Shown: positions 1 through 10,213, counted from the stretch's first letter. The stretch: DNA of 64,000 nt from Acidimicrobiia bacterium (GCA_965216445.1 OZ244166.1:498565-562564); one strand, 5' to 3'. Numbers and translations: made by a program. Notes: generated by a model not told the origin, from the sequence alone.

Positions 1-899
1 GTATGCCGGTCCGGTGAAACGTACTGAACAGTCCCTCCGCCAGGGACTGCGGGTACCGGGTTGGTGAAAAGGTCCTTACGCGCCACAAGGACTCCTGGAG
101 TGCCCGGTCCACCGACCAACTTGTGCGGCGAGATGAAGATGGCGTCCTTGTAGCTACCTGAAACCGATTTTGAACCCATGTCGATTCCGACGTACGGCGC
201 CGCAGCAGCAAAGTCCCAGAAGGAAAGGGCTTCGTATTTGTGGAGGAGGGCGGCTATCGCTCCGGTATCCGACGTGATGCCGGTGACATTGGAAGCGGCC
301 GAGAACGAGCCGATTTTCACCGGTCGCTCGTTGTGCAACTGAAGTTGATGCTCTAGGACATCGAGATCTATGTGCCCATCAGCATCCTCAGCAATTTCTA
401 CAACGTCAGCCACTGTTTCTCGCCATGGCAACTCATTCGAGTGGTGTTCGAACGGTCCAACAAAAACCACCGGACGTTCATTGGCGGGGATCAGTGATTC
501 GAGTTGGTATTGGCTGTTGATCCCTGACGGCAGTCTGAGACCCAGGATCCCGATGAGCCGATCTACCGCGCCGGTGGCGCCACTGCCGGCGAAGATCACG
601 GCGTGCTCATCATGATTGGCCCCCACGGCCTCTCGAATGATCTCCCGGGCATCCTCACGGAAGCGGGTGGTCTGAAGCCCTGTCCCGGAGGTCTCTGTGT
701 GAGTATTGGCGTACATCGGGAGGACTTGTTGTCTGATGTAGTCCTCGACGAAGCTGAGTGACCGGCCCGAAGCCGTGTAGTCGGCATACGTGAGACGCTT
801 GACTCCGAAAGGTGTGGCCACCGCAGTATCTCTGCCGATGATCGAACTCCGGATGGTTGCTACCAGGTCCTCGTTTGTGTTCTCTAGTGTTTCGCTCAT
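1..899 (-). CDS. Aminotransferase class V / cysteine desulfurase-like PLP enzyme (runs off the left edge)
   Basis: Manual translation from ATG 899: MSETLENTNEDLVATIRSSIIGRDTAVATPFGVKRLTYADYTASGRSLSFVEDYI..., later GPFEHHSNELPW, SFSAASNVTG, WDFAAAAPYV and SPHKLVGGPGTPG. Absent from the ORF track because it has no stop in the window. Confidence 0.85.
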   Translation of the reverse strand, partial: MSETLENTNEDLVATIRSSIIGRDTAVATPFGVKRLTYADYTASGRSLSFVEDYIRQQVLPMYANTHTETSGTGLQTTRFREDAREIIREAVGANHDEHAVIFAGSGATGAVDRLIGILGLRLPSGINSQYQLESLIPANERPVVFVGPFEHHSNELPWRETVADVVEIAEDADGHIDLDVLEHQLQLHNERPVKIGSFSAASNVTGITSDTGAIAALLHKYEALSFWDFAAAAPYVGIDMGSKSVSGSYKDAIFISPHKLVGGPGTPGVLVARKDLFTNPVPAVPGGGTVQYVSPDRH

Positions 900-926
900 G
901 TATCGGTTTTCGGTTCACAGGTAAGC

Positions 927-1931
927 ATGCCAGACCACGTCATGGTGTCGGTAGGCGAGGAAGAAGTCAGGATTTCGAGCCCCGATCGGGTGGTCTTCCC
1001 GGACCATGGTTGGACCAAACTCGATGTCGTGAATCACTTTGTGGCCGTCGGCGAAGGGGCAGCGCGTGGCATTCGCGACCGTCCGACCATGCTCAAGCGG
1101 TACATGAAGGGTGTCGACCAGGCTCCGATCTATCACAAGAGAGCTTCCAAGAACACTCCGTTCGATACTGTTCAGATTCGGTTTCCGTCCCAGCGACCGG
1201 GGAGAATGAACGTTCCGAGAACGCCTGCTGACGTTGTTCGTCTTGCCCAACTGGGGTGTTTGGATTTCCACCCGTGGCCGGTAAGAGACAGCGACACCGA
1301 CCACCCCGACGAGTTGCGTTTCGACTTCGACCCGACACCAGGAATCACTTTTGCCGACGTCAAGACTGCTGTTCTCGGAGCGAAGGAACTTCTCGACGAA
1401 ATCGGGTTGGTGGGTTGGCCAAAGACCAGTGGCAGCCGGGGGATCCACGTCTACGTGCGCATCGAGCCAATTTGGGACTTCTTCCAGACTCGCCGAGCCG
1501 TCCTGGCGTTCGCTCGCGAGCTGGAGCGTCGGATGGAGGGCTTGGTCACCACGAAGTGGTGGAAAGAGGAGCGGCACGGTGTATTCATCGATTACAACCA
1601 GAACGCAAGAGACAAATCTGTGTCATCGGCATATGGCGTGCGACCAACCGGCTATGTGTCCGCCCCTCTCACGTGGGACGAGGTGGCGGATGTTGAGATC
1701 GAAGACTTCCCTATGGATCGTTTTGCTGGCGATCGCTACGAGATAGTTGGCGATCTGACCAAAGGGATTGACGAGTCGGCGTGTCAGATCGGGATTCTGA
1801 TGGAATGGGTGGTCAGAGACGAAGAGAATGGTATCGGCGAGGCGCCGTGGCCACCCAACTACCCGAAGATGCCCGGAGAGCCTCCCCGTGTTCAGCCAAG
1901 CAAGCAACGCCGGCCAGACGAGGATTACTAG
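927..1931 (+). CDS. Stand-alone LigD-type primase-polymerase (Prim-PolC/LigD Pol domain)
   Basis: ISSPDRVVFP, LRFDFDP, KTSGSRGIH, FIDYNQNARDK and C-terminal PWPPNYPKMPGEPPRVQPS motifs. Confidence 0.9.
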   Translation: MPDHVMVSVGEEEVRISSPDRVVFPDHGWTKLDVVNHFVAVGEGAARGIRDRPTMLKRYMKGVDQAPIYHKRASKNTPFDTVQIRFPSQRPGRMNVPRTPADVVRLAQLGCLDFHPWPVRDSDTDHPDELRFDFDPTPGITFADVKTAVLGAKELLDEIGLVGWPKTSGSRGIHVYVRIEPIWDFFQTRRAVLAFARELERRMEGLVTTKWWKEERHGVFIDYNQNARDKSVSSAYGVRPTGYVSAPLTWDEVADVEIEDFPMDRFAGDRYEIVGDLTKGIDESACQIGILMEWVVRDEENGIGEAPWPPNYPKMPGEPPRVQPSKQRRPDEDY

Positions 1932-1953
1932 CCCAGTCCGACCGCGGGGTCCG

Positions 1954-2685
1954 CTAGAGGGCGTCCCGTTTCTTGAGGGCCCAGGTCAGGACGGCTAAAC
2001 CCAGGGCAAGAACCACCGCGATCTTGGCAATGCCGCCACCAGCTCCCACAGAAATCGGGCCCAGACCATCGGCAGCTTCAACTCCGAATTCCTGAAAGCT
2101 GCCATAGATCGACATCGAGATTCGCCAGATCGAGAGCTGAGCCAGCCCGGGTATGACAAAAGCCAAGATCGTCTCGCCGACGAGCACATATCCGAGACCA
2201 ATCAGAAGCGATCTGGAGAACAGGTATCCCAGCGGGACGAAGATCGCCGAGTACCCGATCCCAGCTGAAACAAACAGTGTGATCGCGGGACCGGTGATGG
2301 AAGGGCCGGCCCCAACCAAAAGACCGGTGACGACTGTCATCGCCCACGCTGTCACTCCGAGAGTCACGGCGGCAGCAGATCCTGCAGCGATGGATGCCGT
2401 GGCCAGTTTCAGCCGCGAATACGGGCGCATGTAGATGTAGGGAAGAGTTCCGTTGTCTCGTTCTTCTCGCAGGGTTGCGCCGGCGATGACAAGGGCTGCA
2501 ATCGCAAACGTGTACCCCGCCCCGGTGACGATGGCGACATAAGCTTCCTCCAACTCGATGTCCTCGAGACCGCTTGATACGACGATCGGAAAGACCACGG
2601 CTGGCACCGCCGAAAGCGCGGTAAGTCCGATGATCCGGCCCCTCCGCATGAGCCGGCGATAGAGGTGGACAACCAGGGGTATCAC
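1954..2685 (-). CDS. ABC-2 type transporter permease
   Basis: Hydrophobic; EERDNGTLPYIYMRP motif; last gene of an overlapping 4-gene cassette. Confidence 0.8.
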   Translation of the reverse strand: MIPLVVHLYRRLMRRGRIIGLTALSAVPAVVFPIVVSSGLEDIELEEAYVAIVTGAGYTFAIAALVIAGATLREERDNGTLPYIYMRPYSRLKLATASIAAGSAAAVTLGVTAWAMTVVTGLLVGAGPSITGPAITLFVSAGIGYSAIFVPLGYLFSRSLLIGLGYVLVGETILAFVIPGLAQLSIWRISMSIYGSFQEFGVEAADGLGPISVGAGGGIAKIAVVLALGLAVLTWALKKRDAL

Positions 2686-3599
2686 GAGCCCTCCACCAAG
2701 TAGCGAAACACGGACTCCAACGATTCGTCTGTCGGCTCGACTCTGCTGATGCCGTAATCACGACCGACCAGTATGCCCGGTAGTCGCATTGCAAACTCAC
2801 GGGCGTCGGTCACCTGGAGCGTCACCTTGGAGTCTCCAAGCTCAAGTCCGACAACTCCCTCGATCGATAGAAGATCGGAGGCGAGTGGACGTGGCTCCCT
2901 GGTCTCGATGTGCACGAGCCGTGGCTTGTCGCTCATCGCCGCCCTGATTTCGGAGATGTGACCGACAGCTGCCAGCCGCCCATCGACCATCGCGACAACC
3001 TGGTCGGTCATGCGTTCGACCTCGGCAAGGACATGGGAAGAGACGATCACCGTCCGTCCGGAATCGCCAAGCCTTCGGAACAACTCGATGAGCCTTGCTC
3101 GTTGCACTGGGTCCGCTCCATTCAGCGGTTCGTCAAGCAGCAGAACTTCGGGCTCAGAGACCAGGGCGGCAGCAATCTTGGTTCGCTGGCGCATGCCTTT
3201 GGAGAAACCTTCCAGCTTTCGCTCGGCCGAGTCGGACATCTCAACCGTCTCAAGGGCTTCGGTGACTCGACGATCAGGACTCTCGATCCCCGAAAGTCGT
3301 GCGGCCAAGCGCACGAACTCCGATGCGGTTAGGTGACCGTAAACGGCTTCATCCTCGGGGACGAGGGCCACTTTCGAATAGATATTCGGGTTGGCCCTTG
3401 GGTCCGATCCGAGGATGGCTACCGAACCCTGGGAGGCAACCTGAAGTCCGGCAACAACGCGCATCATCGTTGTCTTGCCTGCTCCGTTGGGGCCGAGGAG
3501 GCCAGTCACGCCGGGGGAAAAGTCGATAGAGACTTCTGATACCGCCACTTTGTTCCCAAACCATTTGGACAGCCCGGCGATTTCTACCGTTGGTGTCAT
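2682..3599 (-). CDS. ABC transporter ATP-binding protein
   Basis: GPNGAGKTT, FSKGMRQR, LLLDEP. Start reassigned to ATG 3599 (MTPTVEI), which overlaps the upstream stop. Confidence 0.92.
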   Translation of the reverse strand: MTPTVEIAGLSKWFGNKVAVSEVSIDFSPGVTGLLGPNGAGKTTMMRVVAGLQVASQGSVAILGSDPRANPNIYSKVALVPEDEAVYGHLTASEFVRLAARLSGIESPDRRVTEALETVEMSDSAERKLEGFSKGMRQRTKIAAALVSEPEVLLLDEPLNGADPVQRARLIELFRRLGDSGRTVIVSSHVLAEVERMTDQVVAMVDGRLAAVGHISEIRAAMSDKPRLVHIETREPRPLASDLLSIEGVVGLELGDSKVTLQVTDAREFAMRLPGILVGRDYGISRVEPTDESLESVFRYLVEGS

Positions 3600-4477
3600 G
3601 CCAGGCTCCGATAACGCCGCCGGACCAAAACTGTGGCGATGACAACTGTCACCGCGATCACCGCGACCGAGGTCCACATTCCAAACCCTGCGAGCTCGGC
3701 GGGGTACTCGACGGTATCTCCGAGCAGTTCATCTCGGATGATTCGGGGATGGTGATCCAATGCCAGCAGAGAGACCCATCGGGCACCGGTGAAAGTGGCT
3801 TGGGAGACCTGACCGGCAATAGCGCCGCCGGCGACGAGGATTCCGAGGAAGGACGCGGCTGCGATCCCGGTCCGATTGATCCAAGAAGAGAGAGTGAAGA
3901 TCACGGCGGCATGCAGAGAGACGTAGGCCAAGGTGATCGCCGGGACCTTCCACAGAATGTCGAGATTGTCACCCATGTAGGGAAGGAAACCGTCAGTCGC
4001 GATCAGTCCCAGTCCTAGGTGGAGCACGATCTGGGGCACCAGGTAGATCGCTCCAACGACGGTGGCGAAGGCGCGCAGCTTGGCAGTCAGGTAGCCGTCG
4101 ACAGTGAGCGGCCGGGAGAAATAGACCGATAGGACGCCCTCGGTTCGGTCTGGAATCAAAAGGAGGGGGCCTGAGAAGGCAATGAACAGCAGGGAGATCC
4201 CGGAATAGAAGTCGAAGAGGCCTCCGTAGGTTGGCACGCCCTCCCGGAGGCTCTCCTGAATGTTCCCTATCACCCAGTGGGTCCCGACGATGATCGCAGC
4301 AGCCACCAACGCTACGGCAATCAGCGACCACGGGAAAACCTTGCGTCGGGCTTTGCGTCCCAGTCCAAGTACCCGGCGGACCCCGTCGCGGTACACCGCT
4401 GACCGGGCCCCTGATGGTCCGAGTCGGGGGCCATCGTATTTTCGATAGCCGCGATCAAAAATGACCCGTTCAGTCAT
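3596..4477 (-). CDS. ABC-2 type transporter permease
   Basis: Multiple TM segments; PDRTEGVLSVYFSRPL motif. Confidence 0.82.
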   Translation of the reverse strand: MTERVIFDRGYRKYDGPRLGPSGARSAVYRDGVRRVLGLGRKARRKVFPWSLIAVALVAAAIIVGTHWVIGNIQESLREGVPTYGGLFDFYSGISLLFIAFSGPLLLIPDRTEGVLSVYFSRPLTVDGYLTAKLRAFATVVGAIYLVPQIVLHLGLGLIATDGFLPYMGDNLDILWKVPAITLAYVSLHAAVIFTLSSWINRTGIAAASFLGILVAGGAIAGQVSQATFTGARWVSLLALDHHPRIIRDELLGDTVEYPAELAGFGMWTSVAVIAVTVVIATVLVRRRYRSLA

Positions 4478-5378
4478 CGCGGCTCCCTTCGATGAAGAGA
4501 TCTTCCAGTGAGGCAGAGGACCGTGTTAGTCGAACGAGGCCAGCTCCCTCGGCAGCGACGGCTCTCAGGATTGTGGCTTCAAGCTCTGAATCTCCAGGTC
4601 CAACAACGAGACGCCGGCCGTCGACCCGGCTGGTCAGTCCGTGGGCGACCAACGCTGAAGACACTCGGTCGGCGCCTTCAAGAACCTCGACGAGGACTGT
4701 GCTTTTTTGGTCGAACTGACCCAAGGGTCCTGAACGGAGCAGGTTGCCGCCGTCGAGCATCACGACCCACGAACAGGTCTGTTCGATGTCCGTGAGTACG
4801 TGTGACGACATGATGATGTTGAGTCCCAGTTGACCCAGACGGCTAATGAGGGCAAGCATCTGTTCCCGGCCCTTGGGGTCGAGGCCGGATGCTGGCTCGT
4901 CGAGTAGGACCAGATCGGGATCGTGGACGAGGGCCTGGGCGAGCTTGACCCGTTGTTTCATCCCGGTGGAGAAGTCGCCGAGGAACCGGAAGCGCTCTTC
5001 GGCAAGTCCTACCAGGAAGAGGGTTTCGGAAGCACGCCTCTTCGACTCGCTTTTCGGAAGACCGGCAAGTTGAGCGGTATATGCGACGAATTCGGCAGCT
5101 GTCAGATCGTTTGGAATGCAGTTGCCCTCCGGCATGTACCCAACCTGGCTACGGACGAGAAGAGCATGGTCTTCGCTGTCGTGGCCCAACACCTGGGCGG
5201 TACCGGCGGTTGGATGCAATAGACCGAGCAGAATCCGGAGCAGTGTCGTCTTTCCGGCGCCGTTCGCCCCGACTAGCCCGGTGATCCCGGGAGGTACGGC
5301 GACGTCGAGATCCCGCAGCGCAACTACCTCGCCGTAGTCGTGAGTCAGTTGGGTTACTTCGACGACAGAGTCAGCCAT
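4470..5378 (-). CDS. ABC transporter ATP-binding protein
   Basis: GANGAGKTT, FSTGMKQR, VLLDEP. Confidence 0.92.
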   Translation of the reverse strand: MADSVVEVTQLTHDYGEVVALRDLDVAVPPGITGLVGANGAGKTTLLRILLGLLHPTAGTAQVLGHDSEDHALLVRSQVGYMPEGNCIPNDLTAAEFVAYTAQLAGLPKSESKRRASETLFLVGLAEERFRFLGDFSTGMKQRVKLAQALVHDPDLVLLDEPASGLDPKGREQMLALISRLGQLGLNIIMSSHVLTDIEQTCSWVVMLDGGNLLRSGPLGQFDQKSTVLVEVLEGADRVSSALVAHGLTSRVDGRRLVVGPGDSELEATILRAVAAEGAGLVRLTRSSASLEDLFIEGSRDD

Positions 5379-5538
5379 CTATCGCAGCTCGGTCGGCGTG
5401 GAGGTTGCGGGTGCGTTACACATCGAAGGTCATGTTCGGCGATTGAGCGCACTAAGCCAATCAGGGCTGACCCTGATCGAACCCCGAGATGGCGCGCTCA
5501 AGGAGTCGGGTCCGCGCTCGAGGAGCTTGGGAGTGTCG

Positions 5539-6576
5539 TCACCGTGCCTCCCCTTCGGAGGCCACAACTTCTCTGAAACCAGGACCTTGAGGTAGTTCGA
5601 GCTGTTCGGTGGTGCAGTCGGTCCCTTCCTTGTCTGGCCGCCATCGATGGAAACGTGTCGCGTGACGAAAGCGATTTCCCTCGAGCTGGTCGTAGCTGAC
5701 CTCGACTACGACTCCAGGTTGCACCGGAGTCCACGAAAGGTCTTTGTCGCCAGACCATCGGCTTTGGCCGCCTGGCATCCGCGCTGCCTCTCCGAAACTC
5801 TCCTCTGAAACCAACTCTTGGAAGCGTTCGAATATCTCCACCCTGTCGACATCAGGGAAACCCGAGCAATGTCCGATGAAGTGGAGATCCCCTTCTTCGT
5901 TATAGAGACCAAGGAGGAGCGATCCGATCTTCCCTCCGTCTTTGTGCTCCCGAAAACCACCAACCACCACGTCGATCGTGCGTCGGTGTTTGATCTTGAT
6001 CATTGCCCGTTTGCCCGACTGGTAGACAAGGTCAGTTTTCTTGGCGATGATCCCGTCGCAACCGGCTGACTCGAACTCGTCAAACCAGCCGCGGGCGACT
6101 TCTTGCTCGGACGTCTGCGGCGTTAGATGCCAGGGATGTTGCAACTCTTGGAAGAGCTGCTCGAGCCTCTCCCGGCGGTCAACAAAAGGTAGTTCTCGCA
6201 GGTCTTCGCCTTCGACAGCGAGAAGGTCGAATGCCACCAGTTCGGCCGGTGTCTCCTCTGACAGTCTGGTGATTCGAGACTCGGCCGGGTGGATTCTCTG
6301 TTGAAGAACGTCGAACTGAGTGACGCCATCGATCACAACGACAATTTCGGAGTCGACGACGGTCCCCGGCGGAAGCTGGTCGAGGGCGGTTTGCAGCTCG
6401 GGGAAGTATCTGAGGAGAGGCCGTTCGTTGCGAGAATCGATCCGGTTCTCGGGGCTCGACCAGGAAAGGGAGCGGAATCCGTCCCATTTGGGTTCATACA
6501 AATAGTCACCGCTGGGCCATCGCTCGGAGGTCTTTGCTTCCATGGTCTTCAGGGGCGGTGGGAAGGGATGACTCAC
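5539..6576 (-). CDS. ligC: ATP-dependent DNA ligase, LigC type
   Basis: YEPKWDGFR adenylation motif, AFDLL, DGIIAKK, GSLLLGLY, FRHATRFHRWRPDK. Confidence 0.88.
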   Translation of the reverse strand: MSHPFPPPLKTMEAKTSERWPSGDYLYEPKWDGFRSLSWSSPENRIDSRNERPLLRYFPELQTALDQLPPGTVVDSEIVVVIDGVTQFDVLQQRIHPAESRITRLSEETPAELVAFDLLAVEGEDLRELPFVDRRERLEQLFQELQHPWHLTPQTSEQEVARGWFDEFESAGCDGIIAKKTDLVYQSGKRAMIKIKHRRTIDVVVGGFREHKDGGKIGSLLLGLYNEEGDLHFIGHCSGFPDVDRVEIFERFQELVSEESFGEAARMPGGQSRWSGDKDLSWTPVQPGVVVEVSYDQLEGNRFRHATRFHRWRPDKEGTDCTTEQLELPQGPGFREVVASEGEAR

Positions 6577-6610
6577 GGATTGCAGTGTATGCGCCGATAG
6601 TCTTGAGACG

Positions 6611-7603
6611 ATGAATCAGACCGCCCGTGCCAACCTTCGCATGACTTTCGCCGTTCTGGCCGACGCTTCGAAGCAGTACGGTCGCAACCTCGTAACTCGC
6701 ATGGCAGCGGCCATTTCGTATCGGACCGTCTTTGCCATCGCCCCTCTCCTGGTTGTCGCAGTTTCAATCGCGGGCTTCTTTCTTGGAAGCAACCAGGACG
6801 TTCAGGCCGACATCGTTGCCCAGATCAACGATGTATTCGGAGCAGAGTTGGCGGACTTTGTAGATGGAATACTCGACCAGGCCTTCGAAGCGGCTGCGAC
6901 CGCAGCCGTCGTTGGTATCACCCTGCTCCTGTGGTCATCTTCCACCCTGTTCCTAGAGTTGCAGCGAGCCCTGAACCAGATATTCAGCATTCCAATCCCC
7001 GAAGAGAAGCGGTTGTTCGTCGTAGCGATTCAGCGATTGGTTGGTGTGATCTGGACTGTGGGTTTCGGAATTGCCCTTGCTGCCTTGTTCTTTGTGGGCA
7101 CGGCTGTGCAGGTAGCCGGTGATGCAGTCTCCGACTGGTTGAATCTCGCCCCTTGGGTTGTAAATCTGCTCGGCTATCTGGTGACTTTCGGATTCACTGC
7201 CCTCATGTTTGGACTCGTGTTCCAGACTCTGACGTTTGCCAAAGTGCCATGGCGGCCAATCTGGCTCGGTGCGGTATTCACAGCCATTATCTTCACAATT
7301 GCCGGTCTGGGCACGGGTTTGTACTTCCGACTCGCCGGCCAACCCACTGCGCTCGGCGTCGCCTCCTCGATCGTCGTCCTGCTATTCGTCGCCTATCTCC
7401 TTTCGGCAGTCTTTCTATTCGGTGCTCAGGTCACGGACGCTTATTGGCGGCTTGTCTATCAAAAGGATCAGAACTATCTGCTGTTTTCGTCAGATTCGTC
7501 AGACGATCAGGACCATGAGGACCGCAGCGAAGCCGGCCTTTCCATCGCCGCTCTGGGCACATTTCTCATTGGGCTATTGGTGGGAAGGTCAAGCCGGCGA
7601 TAG
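6611..7603 (+). CDS. YihY/BrkB family membrane protein
   Basis: MAAAISYRTVFAIAPLL, LQRALNQIF, VFLFGAQ patterns. Confidence 0.85.
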   Translation: MNQTARANLRMTFAVLADASKQYGRNLVTRMAAAISYRTVFAIAPLLVVAVSIAGFFLGSNQDVQADIVAQINDVFGAELADFVDGILDQAFEAAATAAVVGITLLLWSSSTLFLELQRALNQIFSIPIPEEKRLFVVAIQRLVGVIWTVGFGIALAALFFVGTAVQVAGDAVSDWLNLAPWVVNLLGYLVTFGFTALMFGLVFQTLTFAKVPWRPIWLGAVFTAIIFTIAGLGTGLYFRLAGQPTALGVASSIVVLLFVAYLLSAVFLFGAQVTDAYWRLVYQKDQNYLLFSSDSSDDQDHEDRSEAGLSIAALGTFLIGLLVGRSSRR

Positions 7604-7647
7604 GGCAGTCTGTCCTTTGGTATTGGATTGCAATATCCTTGCGACCA

Positions 7648-8214
7648 ATGGCCATTGACATCGCTGGGTTTGTCGCCGACTTGAAAGAACACGCCACCGA
7701 GCACGGATTCCACGTGCACGATGAGCGCCACATCGTTGAGACCTATTCACTAAGGCAGTCTTGGGAGGTCGATCTTCACCCTGAAGCCGGATGCGGCGGA
7801 CCGATCGATGTGCATCTCGCCCTCGATGTCGACCCCAAGGTGTTGATCTCCCTCATTGACACAGTTGAGGAAATGGGCCAGGACTTTGAGGAGCCTGAGG
7901 GCGAATACAACCTCGATTTCTACTTCAATTGGGCGGTACCGCCGCTGACACTGCCACCAGATCTGTTGGTTCTGGCGACCGACCTTGCTGGTATTGGTGG
8001 TCTGGACCTTGTGATTGAGGTATCCGCCATTGATTCTTATGGGGCGATGGCAGATGCCCCGGAGAGACGGCTCCACTTGGTGGGGAAGAGCTCGGTGAAT
8101 CTTGTGGAAATCATGATGGGTCGGGAGCAGCTCTGTGAGGTTCTCGACCGGTCCCATGACGTTTCGCAATACTTGCTTGACCGGGTTGATAGCTGGCTTG
8201 ATCCGGCGATCTAA
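7648..8214 (+). CDS. Hypothetical acidic cytoplasmic protein
   Basis: Clean ORF; TATCCT -10 hexamer 8 nt before ATG 7648. Confidence 0.7.
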   Translation: MAIDIAGFVADLKEHATEHGFHVHDERHIVETYSLRQSWEVDLHPEAGCGGPIDVHLALDVDPKVLISLIDTVEEMGQDFEEPEGEYNLDFYFNWAVPPLTLPPDLLVLATDLAGIGGLDLVIEVSAIDSYGAMADAPERRLHLVGKSSVNLVEIMMGREQLCEVLDRSHDVSQYLLDRVDSWLDPAI

Positions 8215-8263
8215 CCCCAACCTCCAGCAGACTCGAATGGGGTTTGCTCAGCAGGCTTGATCC

Positions 8264-8722
8264 TCAGCCGATGAGGCTCACCACTGCCCAAACCCCCGTT
8301 GCGACCGTCGCCAACAAGAGGACGTAGAAGAGGACCCTGGTCAACAGGGATGGTGCCGGTCCCTCAACCACCTCAACCGGGTCGGAGTAGAGATCGTCGT
8401 TATCGGATTCTTCACTCGGCTCCACTGAAGCTGCTGGTTGGTCCTCAACCGTCGCTTCTTTCTCCGCCGGCAGAACGGTCGGCAACCCTTCGAGCTCTGC
8501 CGCCAGTCTTGCGCCGTTATTGGGCACAAAAGCGAGGACTTCGCCTTCGGCATGAAGCGTGAACAACTCGCCTCCCTGCTCAGCGACCAGTTCGTATTCG
8601 CCGGCGGGCCATGCGCCGATCTCAGCGTTTTGGGAGAACAGCTTGAGTTCAGCTGCCCGCAGGATGATCGTCGCTGCGACGTCGTTGCTGCTGAATCTGA
8701 TGACCCCGTGATGTTCGGACAT
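8264..8722 (-). CDS. Hypothetical protein with a C-terminal membrane anchor
   Basis: Acidic linker followed by one hydrophobic helix. Confidence 0.65.
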   Translation of the reverse strand: MSEHHGVIRFSSNDVAATIILRAAELKLFSQNAEIGAWPAGEYELVAEQGGELFTLHAEGEVLAFVPNNGARLAAELEGLPTVLPAEKEATVEDQPAASVEPSEESDNDDLYSDPVEVVEGPAPSLLTRVLFYVLLLATVATGVWAVVSLIG

Positions 8723-8789
8723 GTGCCCCCAGCGGTGAAGCCCTCAATCTAATAGTCGTGCGCTGCGGAATCGGTGGTTCCTACTGTGG

Positions 8790-9287
8790 TCATACCGTTT
8801 GGATCCGACTCATTACGTGGGCGTCGAGGTATTCACCATTTCGGTAGACGTATCTTCTCATTGTTCCCTCGACGGTGAAACCGTGGCTCTCATACAACGA
8901 GATCGCAGTCGTGTTGGTCGTCCAGACAGACAATCCCAGCCTGCTCACCTGGAGCCAATTGTCGGCAAGGTCGATCGCTGCATCCATGAGGGCTCTGCCG
9001 ACTCCCTTGCCACGGAACTCGGGGTGGGTAGCAATCAGATGGATGTCCGCCGCGTGGCTGTGGGCAGGGTTTCCCGGGTATGTCTCAAGCTCGAGGAAAC
9101 CTGCCAACACCCCATCGACATCGGCCGCGAGCCGGATGATTCCTTCGCTCTTCTCCAGCCGCTTGAGTACCTGTTCCAGCGATGGGTAGGGGAGACGCAT
9201 GGTTCCCGCAAGGAGCACAGGATCAGCGAAGATTTCGTGGACTCTCGGCAGGTCATCTTGTTGTAGGTGTCGGATCCTGATTTCGAT
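8790..9287 (-). CDS. GNAT acetyltransferase (YhhY/AaaT-like)
   Basis: HPEFRGKGVGRALM, ADNWLQVSRLGLSV, NTTAISLYESHGF. The reading frame extends 23 codons upstream of GTG 9218 to an ATC codon preceded by GGAG. Confidence 0.85.
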   Translation of the reverse strand: MEIRIRHLQQDDLPRVHEIFADPVLLAGTMRLPYPSLEQVLKRLEKSEGIIRLAADVDGVLAGFLELETYPGNPAHSHAADIHLIATHPEFRGKGVGRALMDAAIDLADNWLQVSRLGLSVWTTNTTAISLYESHGFTVEGTMRRYVYRNGEYLDAHVMSRIQTV

Positions 9288-9377
9288 GGCTGCTCCGATC
9301 GTCGTCGGACGAGGCTACCAAAGGCGGCGGTTGCCGGCGTCCCAGAGCTCGTGCTGCGGGCGCTGAGTTGCGATTTC

Positions 9378-10070
9378 TCAGTAAGGGAGCCCGATCGCCT
9401 CGCACAGGAAACGATTGAATGGCGACGCTTTCTTCAATTCGCGTGCGAAAACGGTTGCGAAGTCGTCGGACGTGACAGCCTTTTGCGTCAAACGCTGGCC
9501 GGCTGTGAACGATTTGCGTCTGATGTCGTCGGCGTAGGGGTGTTCTTGGTCATACTCCTTGGGCACGCGTTTGAGGGCATCTTCGGGATGTCCCAGACTC
9601 CACGAATCAGTGAACGACTTCGAGTGAGCCACCTTCTTCCACTGTGCTGGGTCGTCGTTGATCTTGCGTCGGATGGCATGGGCGACTTTGGTCTCCGGAC
9701 TCCATAGACCGACGCCCGCAAAATTCTCACCAGGCTCGAGGTGTAGATAGAAGCCGGGAGCGTGCACGTCCTTGCCCGCTTCGTGACGGAATTGGATCCC
9801 CACGTTTGTCTTGTAAGGCGTCTTGTCCTTCGAAAACCGGACGTCACGGTAAGGCCTCATCAGAGAACCGCCGACGGTGCGAGTGTCTGTCCGGAAATGC
9901 GGTGAGATCTTCTCCAGGTGAGTTGAGAAGTCGTCGATGAACTCGAGGGCAGGCTCACGTATGGCTTCTATGTAGCGGTCTTTGTTGTCCTCCCACCACG
10001 GCTTGTTGTTGTTTTCCTCCAACTCCTTGAGGAACTTAAACGTGGCCTGTGTGAAGTATTTCTTGCCCAT
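9378..10070 (-). CDS. DUF2461 family protein
   Basis: FLKELEENNNKPWW, RPYRDVRFSKDKTPYKT, PGFYLHLEPG. Confidence 0.88.
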   Translation of the reverse strand: MGKKYFTQATFKFLKELEENNNKPWWEDNKDRYIEAIREPALEFIDDFSTHLEKISPHFRTDTRTVGGSLMRPYRDVRFSKDKTPYKTNVGIQFRHEAGKDVHAPGFYLHLEPGENFAGVGLWSPETKVAHAIRRKINDDPAQWKKVAHSKSFTDSWSLGHPEDALKRVPKEYDQEHPYADDIRRKSFTAGQRLTQKAVTSDDFATVFARELKKASPFNRFLCEAIGLPY

Positions 10071-10213
10071 TCGCAGACTCCTTTCTCAGCAGCAGGTTAT
10101 GGGGCGACTATGACAGATTGTCGAAAGGGATCGTCTGGGATCGACATCTCTTTGTTACCGTCTCCGTCCATGACGATCATCGGGGGAATCTCGGGGCATT
10201 TCAATAGGGCTCG

